Of a stretch of 64,000 nt of DNA, positions 20,451-29,898 are shown piece by piece. The first letter of the stretch is position 1; each line of letters begins with the position of its first letter. Both the position numbers and the translations under genes were made by a program. Source of the DNA: an uncultured delta proteobacterium (lineage in GTDB: Bacteria > Desulfobacterota > Zymogenia > Zymogenales > Zymogenaceae); NCBI GenBank assembly GCA_963792965.1, contig CAWBYW010000013.1, positions 160,677 through 224,676 of the forward strand, in the 5' to 3' direction. The notes beneath the pieces are model-generated. The model did not search any database. It was not told the origin of the DNA and saw only the letters and a program-made list of their open reading frames with translations.

Positions 20451-21866
20451 ATGATCTTGTCAGAAAAACGGAATACTCACGACATCCACTTGGTCTGGGA
20501 CGACATGACGACCTATAACGATATCGGCGCGGCCGTTTTCCAGCAGTGTCCTGAAGGGATCGTCGTCCTGAACGATTCCGGGGTCCTGTCGGCCAACGAA
20601 GCGTTTGCGGCCCTGGTGGGGTACGGACCGGAGGAGATCATCGGTCGGCCGTTGGATGTCCATCTGATACCCGAGGGGTCCGGCAGGTTCACGAGACTAT
20701 GGACGAGAGTCCTCTCCCACGATTCCCCGGAAAGATGTAAGACGTCACTGATTCATAATGACGGCCGCAGGATCGAGGTTGAATGTCTTCTCAATCCGGT
20801 CGTCTGGGCCGGTGACGCGGCCGCGCTCATCTTTTTCCGCGAGACCGGCAGACTCAAAGAGATTGAAGAACAGCTGAAGATGACGACCGATAAATTGTCC
20901 TTTTTCAGCAAATGGGTGAAGAAAAACACCGCAGAGATCATAGAAATGAACAGGCGGCTGAACAGTGAGATGAAGAAACGCAACGCCGCCGAGAAAATGA
21001 GGGATGAGAGCGACGAGCGGTTCCGCGCCATGGCGGAGGTGATCCCCGAGGTCTTCTGGATGTATTCTCACCATGAGAAGAAACTGTTATATGTCAGCCC
21101 CGCGTTCGAAAAGATATACGGCCGTCCCTCCGACGAATATTACCGGAACCCCGAATTGTGGTTGCAGGTCGTCCATCCGGACGACGTTGATTTCGTGAGA
21201 GAGTCCCTCGATAACCATTTCGGAAAAGAGCGGGAGGTGGAATACCGGATTCTTCACCCCGACTGGTCGATTCGCTGGATTCGTGATCGGATATTCCCCA
21301 TCAAGGACGATCAGGGAGAGATCGTTCATATCGTGGGGTTCTGCGAAGACATCACCGGCCGAAAGCACCTCGAGGAAGAGCTCAGATTATTGTCCATCAC
21401 CGACGGGCTCACGGGTCTCTATAATCAGCGCCACTTCTTCAAGAAGATCGCTGAAGAGATCGAGCGGGCCAAGAGAATTTCTTATCCCTTGTGCCTGATC
21501 CTGTTTGACCTCGATAATTTCAAGCAATATAATGACCTTCACGGTCACCTGAAGGGAGACGACCTCCTCAGGGAGGTGGGGCGGGTGACACAGGGGGTGA
21601 TCCGTAAAGGCGTGGACACCGCTTTCAGATACGGCGGGGATGAGTTCGTGATTATCTTTCCCAATATGACCGAGGAGGGGGCCCGGGTGCTGGAAAAGCG
21701 TATCAGAGTGGTGATCCAAGAGAAGATACACGAAATAGGGATCAGCGTCGGAATATCACAGCTAAAAGAGCACGACACCGCGGAGACGTTCATCGACGCC
21801 GCCGACAACGCGATGTACCTCGATAAGGAGGTCCGCAAGAAGAACAAAGACCTCCCGCCTCCCTGA
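20451..21866 (+). CDS. PAS-PAS(PAC)-GGDEF diguanylate cyclase
   Basis: TDGLTGLYN, DLDNFKQYNDLHGHLKGD, RYGGDEF; start uncertain (20451 or 20505). Confidence 0.92.
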   Translation: MILSEKRNTHDIHLVWDDMTTYNDIGAAVFQQCPEGIVVLNDSGVLSANEAFAALVGYGPEEIIGRPLDVHLIPEGSGRFTRLWTRVLSHDSPERCKTSLIHNDGRRIEVECLLNPVVWAGDAAALIFFRETGRLKEIEEQLKMTTDKLSFFSKWVKKNTAEIIEMNRRLNSEMKKRNAAEKMRDESDERFRAMAEVIPEVFWMYSHHEKKLLYVSPAFEKIYGRPSDEYYRNPELWLQVVHPDDVDFVRESLDNHFGKEREVEYRILHPDWSIRWIRDRIFPIKDDQGEIVHIVGFCEDITGRKHLEEELRLLSITDGLTGLYNQRHFFKKIAEEIERAKRISYPLCLILFDLDNFKQYNDLHGHLKGDDLLREVGRVTQGVIRKGVDTAFRYGGDEFVIIFPNMTEEGARVLEKRIRVVIQEKIHEIGISVGISQLKEHDTAETFIDAADNAMYLDKEVRKKNKDLPPP

Positions 21867-22022
21867 TCCGGATAATTTTGGCCGCGCCGACGCTCCCCCG
21901 ACCGCCCTCTCTATTCCCCGCATGCGATCTATATCAGGTAACTGTCGCCCGACACACCGCCCGGCCCCCTTTACGGCACGTGGGATGAGGCCGCTGCCCC
22001 TATCATACGGGCCCGACGTCAT

Positions 22023-22922
22023 CTATCGCGCGAGCGCATACCGGATGCCGCCGTCTCGGCCCACCAATCCGCTTTCGATCATCTCTTCAAGGTGCTTTTC
22101 GATCATCTTTCCCTCCCAATAGCGCAAGAGCGGCGCCGCGTAGGGAAAGGAGCCGTAGATGGGCGCCGCGTCGACCAGCTCCGGGAGGGTCTTCGGGCCC
22201 CCTTCGAGGAGGCCGGCGATCTTTTTCTCGCGCCGGTCGAATACGGCAAGGTAGTGATCAATACCCTCGTGGATACGTTCGGTGATGATTTCGCGGTGGC
22301 CCGGTGCAAGGACGCGAATGTCCAGACCCTTGAGTCGATTCAGTGACTTTTTGAAATCCGCAATGTTAGACTCCCGATGCCCGTACCAGGGTCCGAAAGG
22401 GGTCAGGTCGTAATCGAAAGAGAAGAGTATCCTTTGCCGGGGCTCCCAGAGACAATAGTGGTCCACGGTATGCCCCGGCGTATGGAGCGCGATCAACGTC
22501 ACCGATCCGAAGGTGAACTGGTCGCCCTCACGATAGCTCTCGTCGGGCCTCCGGTCGCGGAAATCCATCGTTTTGAGGACCCACTCCCTCCAGTATTCGG
22601 CAAGCTCCCCGGGCTCGGCGAAGCGCTCGGATAAGGCGTGGATATTTCCTCCGGAGTCGATGCCCTCCTCGGGCATATAGATGCGGACCGAGCCGCCGAA
22701 GAGCCCGTTTCCCGTCGAGTGATCGGGATGTCCGTGGGAATTGATGATGGTTTTTATGGTAAAGCGCCTCCTGACCTGGGCCAGCGCCTCGGGGCCGCAC
22801 CCGGTATCGAGAAGGACGGCGGAGCCGCTGCCGTCCTCGATAACGAACGAGTGGGAGTAGGGAAAGCGGCCGCCGTTCTTCCCGTGGACGAGAGTGATCG
22901 AATCGCCTATCGGCTCAAACAT
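22023..22922 (-). CDS. MBL-fold metallo-hydrolase
   Basis: SHGHPDH, TPGHT, APGH. Confidence 0.85.
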   Translation of the reverse strand: MFEPIGDSITLVHGKNGGRFPYSHSFVIEDGSGSAVLLDTGCGPEALAQVRRRFTIKTIINSHGHPDHSTGNGLFGGSVRIYMPEEGIDSGGNIHALSERFAEPGELAEYWREWVLKTMDFRDRRPDESYREGDQFTFGSVTLIALHTPGHTVDHYCLWEPRQRILFSFDYDLTPFGPWYGHRESNIADFKKSLNRLKGLDIRVLAPGHREIITERIHEGIDHYLAVFDRREKKIAGLLEGGPKTLPELVDAAPIYGSFPYAAPLLRYWEGKMIEKHLEEMIESGLVGRDGGIRYALAR

Positions 22923-22933
22923 CGGCTCCCCTC

Positions 22934-23701
22934 CTATTGACAAGCCGGACAGACGGCAATGCACTTGAAGCAGTGATAGTGAAAGCCGATGAACTGAGCC
23001 TGATAGATCGGGAGCAGCGCCGGATCGCGCAGGAGCGCCTTCTGTTCGTCAGGGGTCGCCCCGATGAATTTGCTGAAGTACTTGATGGTCCGCATGATGC
23101 CATAGGGCTGGGAGCATTTGAGACATTTGATCATGTCGGTCTTTCCCTCCTCGGCCAGCGCCCCGGCGGGGCAGCCGTCCACGCACAGGCCGCAGTCGGT
23201 GCAAAGCTCGTCCGTAACGGGCGGGTCGGAGGCGAGCGGAAGCTCCGTCAGGACAGCAGCGAAAATGATCCGAGAGCCATACTCGGGGTTGATGATGAGG
23301 TTATGCCGGCCGAACGCGCCCAGCCCCGCGGCGGCGGCCGCATGCCGAAGCGATACGTCAGCACTCATCCCCATCACCGGCGGCTCCATGTTCAGGGGAT
23401 AGGAGGGGGCGATCGGGGCCGCCTTGGTTTTCGTCCGCTTCTCGATGAATCGGGCGACCAAATAGCCGTTCGTCCGCGAGAGCTCCATTTCCCCGAGGCG
23501 GGATGTCATGGCGATACGGGTGTTTTCGCTCTCGACGGCCCCGTCGTTCCCCCGATAGCCCAGCACCACGAGCGACCTCACGCCGGGCAGGATTGTCGAG
23601 AGCTCGGGAGTGCGGGGCGACGCGTAGTCGGCCGCGGCCGCAAATCCGACCACGTCGGCCCCGATCTCAAGGGCGTAGCGTCTGATCTCTTCCTTTTCCA
23701 T
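22934..23701 (-). CDS. Epoxyqueuosine-reductase-like (QueG/RdhA superfamily) Fe-S protein
   Basis: RHAAAAAGLG, CTDCGLCVDGCP, CFKCIAVCP. Confidence 0.8.
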   Translation of the reverse strand: MEKEEIRRYALEIGADVVGFAAAADYASPRTPELSTILPGVRSLVVLGYRGNDGAVESENTRIAMTSRLGEMELSRTNGYLVARFIEKRTKTKAAPIAPSYPLNMEPPVMGMSADVSLRHAAAAAGLGAFGRHNLIINPEYGSRIIFAAVLTELPLASDPPVTDELCTDCGLCVDGCPAGALAEEGKTDMIKCLKCSQPYGIMRTIKYFSKFIGATPDEQKALLRDPALLPIYQAQFIGFHYHCFKCIAVCPACQ

Positions 23702-23728
23702 GGTATGCTCCGTTAATTACTCTTATGC

Positions 23729-23758
23729 AATATAGTTGTATACGAGTGATCGAGTCAA
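23729..23758 (-). promoter_or_regulatory. sigma70 promoter with a MarR-type operator in the spacer
   Basis: TTGACT-N18-TATATT enclosing TAGTTGTATACGAGTG (23733-23748). Confidence 0.6.
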
Positions 23759-23764
23759 AAAAAA

Positions 23765-24181
23765 TCATCCGGCCGCGCGGATCACCGCCAGGAACCGCCT
23801 GAGCGCGTCCTGATCGGGTTGGGACAGATCCTTGAGGAACACGCGGTTGGCTTCCCCTACAAGGATCGACATCTTGCCGGCGGTTTCCTTCCCTGGGCCG
23901 GTCAGGGCCACGAGGATCGCGCGGCGGTCGTCGGGGTGCTCCCGCCGCACAACGAGGCCCTGCGCCTCGAGCCGATCTATGATGCCGGTGAGCGTGGCGC
24001 TATCAAGCTGCGTCTTTTCGCCAAGGTCGCGAGAGGTCATGGGGTCCGCGTCAAGAAGGAACATCAGGGTCATCGCCTGGACGGCGGTCACGCCCAGCGG
24101 GGCGACTTGCTGGCCCCAGTACCTGACGGCGGATTGGCTGGCCTTGGCAAGCTGAAAGAATATGCAATCGGAAGGTTTCAT
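23765..24181 (-). CDS. MarR family transcriptional regulator
   Basis: TLTGIIDRLE...DDRR...LT.PG. Confidence 0.92.
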   Translation of the reverse strand: MKPSDCIFFQLAKASQSAVRYWGQQVAPLGVTAVQAMTLMFLLDADPMTSRDLGEKTQLDSATLTGIIDRLEAQGLVVRREHPDDRRAILVALTGPGKETAGKMSILVGEANRVFLKDLSQPDQDALRRFLAVIRAAG

Positions 24182-24202
24182 GTATCTCTCGGTCTCTCAA
24201 AT

Positions 24203-24253
24203 TGCTTGTACACAACTAAATTGTATACTAACCAAAGGACGCGTTGTTGTCAA
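24203..24253 (-). promoter_or_regulatory. marR promoter overlapped by two TTGTAYAC operators
   Basis: TTGACA-N17-TAGTAT; TGCTTGTACACAACTA and AATTGTATACTAAC. Confidence 0.6.
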
Positions 24254-24415
24254 GACTTTTTTTGACAGGTTAGAAGGCGGTTGTCTCGAATAGGTCTCGG
24301 ACAGGCTGTTACTCCGCGGAGCACCGATACGACTTCTCACGTTCGTCGCCGGTCATCGGCAATGTGGGCGTCGCCTGAGACGGACACCGTCAATGGAGTC
24401 GTTGAGGGAACCGGG

Positions 24416-24985
24416 TCATACGCAGGTGGTGACGGGGTTTCCGCAGTGCGAGTCGGGTCCGAGCCACCCCTCGGTGCCTTGGTATATGACCTTTACCCAC
24501 TCGCCCCGGCACCCGTCGATGGGGAGCTCGATCTCATCGGGAAGTCTCAATACGACCGGGGACGAGGAATCCGGGTCTCTGTAGAGCGGGCAGGAGAGGT
24601 TGGGATATATGCCGGTGGCGCGGGTGCGCAGTCCTAAAAGGGGGCCCCAGACCCACCCGGAAATGTTCAGGGTGGCGTCTTCGGTTTCGCCGTTATCCGC
24701 GAAGATATAGGCCTGTCCGATCTGCATCCACTGGCCCATAGATCCGATGATCGTGACCTCGACGTCTTGCGTGGTGGGGAGGGTGGTGACGACGCGGTAT
24801 TGATCACCCGGCCCCTCCCGGACATTGAGACCCTTGGGGTCGGTGTCGATGATGTAGGCGGTTATGTTGCAGGGGACGATCGTCGGCACGGGGGGCTGTG
24901 CGGCGGCGGCAGGGGGAGCGAAAAGGGCCGCGACGGCGAGCAGAATAATGAAGGGGATGAAACGGGTGAATTTCTTAGGGCTCAT
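24416..24985 (-). CDS. Secreted bacterial SH3 (SH3b) domain protein
   Basis: Signal peptide; GLNVREGPG, GWV; second SH3-like segment; terminal CGNPVTTC. Confidence 0.75.
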   Translation of the reverse strand: MSPKKFTRFIPFIILLAVAALFAPPAAAAQPPVPTIVPCNITAYIIDTDPKGLNVREGPGDQYRVVTTLPTTQDVEVTIIGSMGQWMQIGQAYIFADNGETEDATLNISGWVWGPLLGLRTRATGIYPNLSCPLYRDPDSSSPVVLRLPDEIELPIDGCRGEWVKVIYQGTEGWLGPDSHCGNPVTTCV

Positions 24986-25192
24986 CTTGTCCTCACCTCT
25001 CACTATGACTCTATTAGTATACCGTATTCTTGCCGTTCTTGCCAGGGGGAGCCGCGACAAAGAAGATGTCCGGGATCGCCGGCGAGAGCTCTCACGTCGC
25101 GCGTCTCCGGCTGCCCCGGTCCAGACGTCGGGCCGAGCGGACGATCGGGTCGGCAGCGGCAATCGACTATATCGGCGCCGGCCTATTGTTCT

Positions 25193-25957
25193 CTATTTCT
25201 TTGTCCACCGGTATCCACTCAACGCCCACAGCACCACGTTGGTCCCATAGAAGACCCATACGAGGCGGAACATGACCTCGGAGAGGGTACCCATCCCGAG
25301 GTTGAAGATCTCGCCGGTGATCTCGGTGGCAAACCAGCAACTCGCCGCTATGGCGACCATCCAGGCGTTTGCCCTCGGGTAGAGTCTATAGCGCACCGTC
25401 TCCCACGCAAACCACATCGTGGTGCAAAAGAAGGCCGTATAGATCGGGCCGATGACCGCATGGCCGACGCGGACGATATCGGGCCAGAGGATGACCACGA
25501 TAACGGCGGCGACCCCGAATATGAGAACGGGGAGCCAGAGGTCGGTGATCTTGAACTTCTTCAGATACGGTACGCCGTGTGCGAGGCGGATAATCAGGAA
25601 GATATGCGCACATATCGAGAGCACCCCTCCGACCATAAAGACCCAGGATCCAACCGACAGTGCAGGGCTTACCACCACTATGCTCATCAGCACATCGGTC
25701 GGCACCATGCAGAGGAACGCGGCAAAGAGCAGCCACCAGTCCTTATTGCCGAGACGGTTGTTGCCGATCATCAAGACGAGCATAAGTCCCAGCAGCGTAA
25801 TGACGGGCTTGGCGACCGCCGGGTAGAGGCTCGCGGTGCCGTAAAAATAGTTCATCCAGTCCACGCCGAAGATTGATCCGGCCAAGAGAAGAATGGCCCC
25901 GACGAGTCCGAGGACCCAGGCGAGCTTTGCGGCTGCCAAGACCCGACTTTCTTTCAT
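25193..25957 (-). CDS. Multi-pass membrane protein, YhhN/lysoplasmalogenase-like
   Basis: About 8 TM segments; VAKP, PTDVL, CAHIF and WFATE resemble YhhN motifs. Confidence 0.55.
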   Translation of the reverse strand: MKESRVLAAAKLAWVLGLVGAILLLAGSIFGVDWMNYFYGTASLYPAVAKPVITLLGLMLVLMIGNNRLGNKDWWLLFAAFLCMVPTDVLMSIVVVSPALSVGSWVFMVGGVLSICAHIFLIIRLAHGVPYLKKFKITDLWLPVLIFGVAAVIVVILWPDIVRVGHAVIGPIYTAFFCTTMWFAWETVRYRLYPRANAWMVAIAASCWFATEITGEIFNLGMGTLSEVMFRLVWVFYGTNVVLWALSGYRWTKK

Positions 25958-26052
25958 TGCAGTTGCTCCTTAGGAACACGTGGTTTAGAATTAGCGGATG
26001 ACGGGAGCGACATATCGCGTCCGTCTCGATATGCCCATGCCTTGAGCCCTGG

Positions 26053-26082
26053 CTCACTCCCCCACCGAGGCGGGGGAGTGAG
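26053..26082. terminator. Strong intergenic stem-loop
   Basis: CTCACTCCCCC...GGGGGAGTGAG, no clear T-tail. Confidence 0.5.
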
Positions 26083-26093
26083 GTCGGGACGGC

Positions 26094-27107
26094 TTATTTT
26101 TTCTTAGACATTTCGGCCACTTTTTTTGCCACCGCGTCGTTGAACCTCTTGCCCGTCCACCCGACGCTGAAGAGGCACCCACAGTATACGGAGAGGAAGA
26201 CCACCAGGAACTTGCATACGACCGCGACCGGGAACGATACCTTTTCTATACCGACCGCCTTGGTAACGACCCCGAACAGTATGCCCAGCGCCGCCCCCAT
26301 CAAGAGCATCAGGATAAAATAGAGAAATCCGTTGATGCCCCTGGCCTTGCCCGTATAGGTGAACCTGCCGAGATACATATCCGACAGCGTCGAGGCCGAA
26401 AGCCCGAGGAAGGTGAAATTACAGACGAACATGAAGGTGACCGCGAAATCCAGGGCCATGGCGGCTGTCGGCACAAGAGAATTCGGATCCTTCGCGACCT
26501 CGTGGGAAAAACCACGGTTGGCAAAGGCCAGGTTGATGATCAGCTGAAAAATGAGCGTGGGCAAGATATAGTGGGCCCAGATGTATTTGGACTTCGAGGC
26601 GACCGGTTTTCCGGAGAAAGGTCCGGCGGCAGCCAGCCCCGAGATGTCGTCATAGATGTAGCGTCTCACGATGAGGGCAAAAGGAATCACAAACAGGAAC
26701 GATAAAAGGACCGTGACAACCGGCGAGGGGGTCCAGCCGGCCCCGAAGATGATCGCAGCCATGATAGCGGTGAAGACGACCGCCCCGACGATCCCGAGGG
26801 GGGCCGTCCTGCATACCGGCACGTCGATGGGGGCCTTGGCGGGGGTCTTTTCGTTCTTCTTTACCTCGGCCTTTTCGCTGATCAGCTCTACCCGGGAGGC
26901 AAAGAGCGTCGCGCCCGGCTGAAAGATGATAAACGCGAAATAGACGGTGGCGAGAAAGCCCAGCACCGTGTACGGGGTGTACTCCTTGCCCATGAGGTTA
27001 AAGACCAGCAGCGCGCCCAGGACGATAAGTACGGCAATGACAATGAAACTGATAATGACCTGTACAGCGAATAATTTCTTGATTCCCATTTTCTCGTGAC
27101 CGCTCAT
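26094..27107 (-). CDS. Hypothetical multi-pass membrane protein
   Basis: 337-aa ORF with ~8 hydrophobic segments; AAGGAGG RBS. Confidence 0.75.
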   Translation of the reverse strand: MSGHEKMGIKKLFAVQVIISFIVIAVLIVLGALLVFNLMGKEYTPYTVLGFLATVYFAFIIFQPGATLFASRVELISEKAEVKKNEKTPAKAPIDVPVCRTAPLGIVGAVVFTAIMAAIIFGAGWTPSPVVTVLLSFLFVIPFALIVRRYIYDDISGLAAAGPFSGKPVASKSKYIWAHYILPTLIFQLIINLAFANRGFSHEVAKDPNSLVPTAAMALDFAVTFMFVCNFTFLGLSASTLSDMYLGRFTYTGKARGINGFLYFILMLLMGAALGILFGVVTKAVGIEKVSFPVAVVCKFLVVFLSVYCGCLFSVGWTGKRFNDAVAKKVAEMSKKK

Positions 27108-27486
27108 TTACGCCTCCTTTTTTGTAGGCAACAGACTTCAAGACACCTATTCATCTATGGCGGAAACCGCCCGGTCTCCCCAAATTCGTGCGGCATCTTC
27201 TTCATGAATTAACGTCCGATGCTTCGAGGTTTTGTCGCGTATCCTATGCCTTTTTCAGATCATTTTCAAGGGATAAAAGGAGGGCCGCGCGATTCGCGTA
27301 CAGGATCGGACCGACAAGCGGCGATTGAGTCGCGCCCCGGGACGTATGGGACGGACCTGTCCTCCCTTCATCTTGGATGGTACCGGTATGCCGGCAGGCC
27401 CCGGGGAGGAGGGCAAGAACGCGAATTGTACCGCAGACAAAATTCTCACGGGAGGCGTATTCTTCTTGCCCGCGTGACGATTATGA

Positions 27487-28715
27487 CTATTTCGCAAATC
27501 TCCTCTGGGACGTCGGCACCAGAAGGATCTTGCCGACGACCTGCATGATGCCGTCGGAGCTTTCCTTGCACGTCTCCTTGACCATCTTGAGCACGGCGCC
27601 CGCCGTCGTCTCCTGCCAGAACCAGTCAACGAGCTGCAGCGTTGGGAGCGATTCGTTGCCAGGCTGGGCCGTGAGGGCCTCGAAGTAGTAGGCCTTGAGG
27701 TCGTCCACGGCAAGCTTCAGGACATCCGGTAGCGAAAGGTCAGTCTCTCGGGTTTTTTGGGGGACGTACCGACGGCGAAGGGGAAGATAAAATCCACCAG
27801 CGCCTCGAGGTCGAGCCCGCTGTTGCCGACGGTGGTTCGCCCGCGCTTCTTTACCGCCAGATCGTACCACGATCTCATCGCGGCAAACTCCTCGGAAAAC
27901 GCCGCCCTGAGCCTTTCGGACTCGGAGAGCTCGCCCGGTCGAAGCGATATCGATATCGGACAAAAGAGGGAGGCGTCATGGGGCGTGGCGGCCGGCACGT
28001 CCTCTCCGAAATCCTCGATGATCGGCCCCTGGGGCGCCTCCAGGAGCCGCAGGGCCGAAAGGAGCACCCGTCTCTGAAAACCGACCTCGTTCGGGACGCC
28101 GAGGGGACGCCCGAGCTCGAACGGCACCCAGAGCGCCCGTGGTGGCCTTATTTGTTCGGTGTGCTCCCGGATCAGGCTGATCTGCGTCGTCGGGACCCCC
28201 TCCTCTTCAAAGTAGTGTGCCAGACCGCCCACGGCGATCGTGCAGAGCGGTCAAACGGGGATTAAGAGGAGCGCGTTGACGTTATCTTTTTTCAGGATGC
28301 CGGCAAGCGTCCGCGCCGCGCCTTCCATCTGAAGGGGGCTGTTCGCACCCATAAACGAGTAGTGGTAGGCCGCGACGCTCCCGATGATCCGGTCTTTTGC
28401 GAGCTCCTTCAGGCGGTCAATCGGGAAGACAACGTTCCAGTCCTGTTGGAATCCGGTGCGGTCGAAATTCGTGGAGATGTGGGTCATGGTGAGTTGGTCG
28501 GCGGCCACGTCGCCGGGAATAATGCGGTACTGGTCGCCGGGCATGATGGTGAAGGGACGGTCGCCCCTCACTACGAGCCCCGCTGTCGAGATGATCGAAA
28601 CTCGACGCTCGGAAAGCGGCGGCCCCGCCGCCCAGGGGGTGGTCGTGTACTGCGGACATTGGAGGTTCTTGAGAAAAGACCGCTCCGGCTCGTGTAGCTG
28701 GTCGAGGCGTGCCAT
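27487..28715 (-). CDS. GrdB/PrdB-like selenoprotein (UxxC) with C-terminal extension; in-frame TGA at 28251-28253; apparent frameshift at ~27750-27760
   Basis: STAG, DWNVVFPIDRL, HYSFMG, LLIPV-TGA-PLCTIAVGGLAHYFEEEGVPT in one frame; joins LKLAVDDLKAYYFEA. Confidence 0.85.
28223..28252 (-). promoter_or_regulatory. Candidate bacterial SECIS hairpin
   Basis: GACCGCTC-TG-CACG-ATCGC-CGTG-GGCGGTC starting at the UGA. Confidence 0.5.
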
Positions 28716-28979
28716 GGATCATCCCCGTTTTTCGTGTTTCTGTCAAACAGACGGCGCATCGGACGATGCGCGAACGTTACCTTACATACGAGCACATAAC
28801 GGGCCGATTGTCAAGAGTTATGAGCGGGGGGAGCCTAAAGGGGATGTTTAAGGGATCGGACACATAATAGCCGAGAGCGTGACATCACTGACTATATGCA
28901 CATATAGATAGGCGAAAGGGCAGACAACAAGTACCCGTAGATTGCTAAAGATTTACGCAAAGAAAGGGAGGAACATACA

Positions 28980-29123
28980 ATGAACGCAAAAATATTAGTG
29001 ATGGCTCCGATGCTTCTTCTGTCGGCCGCGGTCGTCGGACCGACTCTTGCTCTTGCCCTCGATAAGCCGGGAACGGTTGTCGACCCCGCGGACTTTGTCA
29101 GCGATACACTGATCATTAGATAA
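28980..29123 (+). CDS. Secreted small peptide P1 (47 aa): MNAKILVMAPMLLLSAAVVGPTLALA-LDKPGTVVDPADFVSDTLIIR
   Basis: GGGAGG RBS, signal peptide, one copy of the core found in 29899-30315; absent from the ORF track. Confidence 0.8.
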   Translation: MNAKILVMAPMLLLSAAVVGPTLALALDKPGTVVDPADFVSDTLIIR

Positions 29124-29142
29124 ACGCTGACACGTCCTCATC

Positions 29143-29172
29143 GGCCCTCTCTTTTTGAGAGGGCCTTTTTTT
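29143..29172 (+). terminator. Intrinsic terminator of P1
   Basis: GGCCCTCTC-TTTTT-GAGAGGGCC-T7. Confidence 0.85.
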
Positions 29173-29318
29173 ATTCTTGGAAGCAGTGTGAATGCGGGTT
29201 CTCTTGCCCCGGATGATGATAAGGGGTGTGGAGGCGACATGTCTGCCGACCCCATGGCTCGATATCGGGCGGGAGGCGATGGGTACGGCGTCGCGGCGGC
29301 CGCAAATATTTTGAAAAG

Positions 29319-29350
29319 GATGAATCTCCGGCCGGGCTCGGGAATCTAAA
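29319..29350 (+). promoter_or_regulatory. Putative ECF-sigma-type promoter of P2
   Basis: GATGAA-N19-ATCTAAA, same motif and spacing as 29823-29854. Confidence 0.6.
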
Positions 29351-29400
29351 TACTACTGAAGCCGTAGGGTTTTAGAATTGAGAGAGGGGAGGGATGGACG

Positions 29401-29550
29401 ATGAATGCAACACTACTTGCGCTGGCTTTTCTCTTTGTGCTGTCGATTGTCGTAATTAAGCCGGTCTTCGCCTATGTGACCGAAAGGCCGACGGTAGTCG
29501 TCGAAACGATAGATTTCGGCGGCGATACACACACAATCCTGGGGAGATAA
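29401..29550 (+). CDS. Secreted small peptide P2 (49 aa): MNATLLALAFLFVLSIVVIKPVFA-YVTERPTVVVETIDFGGDTHTILGR
   Basis: GGGAGG RBS, signal peptide, diverged core; absent from the ORF track. Confidence 0.75.
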   Translation: MNATLLALAFLFVLSIVVIKPVFAYVTERPTVVVETIDFGGDTHTILGR

Positions 29551-29569
29551 CCATTGACACGGACCTGAG

Positions 29570-29599
29570 GGCCCTTCTCGTAAGAGAGGGCCTTTTTTT
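29570..29599 (+). terminator. Intrinsic terminator of P2
   Basis: GGCCCTTCTC-GTAA-GAGAGGGCC-T7. Confidence 0.85.
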
Positions 29600-29822
29600 A
29601 TCGTGCGGGATGTGTCGGGGAACGCGGGTCATTTTGCCTGCTGCTGCGTCATGTCTCGAAGAGGTGGCATACACACCGCCGGTTCCTTACCGGACCTCCG
29701 CAGACAGAGATCGGTTCGCGCGGCCGCGATATATCTCAGCTTTACCGGCAAACGGTCGCGACGAATCGGCTTCTTTTTCAACCCTCCCTGTTTCCCAACG
29801 CAGACTGCCTTTTTTTCGTCTC

Positions 29823-29854
29823 GATGAACCGTCCGGGATGCTGCTCCATCTAAA
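29823..29854 (+). promoter_or_regulatory. Putative ECF-sigma-type promoter of P3
   Basis: GATGAA-N19-ATCTAAA ending 44 nt before the ATG. Confidence 0.6.
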
Positions 29855-29898
29855 GTATTAAATTGGTAGTAATTAACCAACAAGAGGAGGGATGTAAA

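Noticed and set aside
27236-27252. GG-N10-GC on the minus strand upstream of 26094-27107 as a sigma54 promoter
   Set aside because: Flanking bases (AGGCAT...ACGC) deviate from TGGCAC...TTGC; too weak to call.
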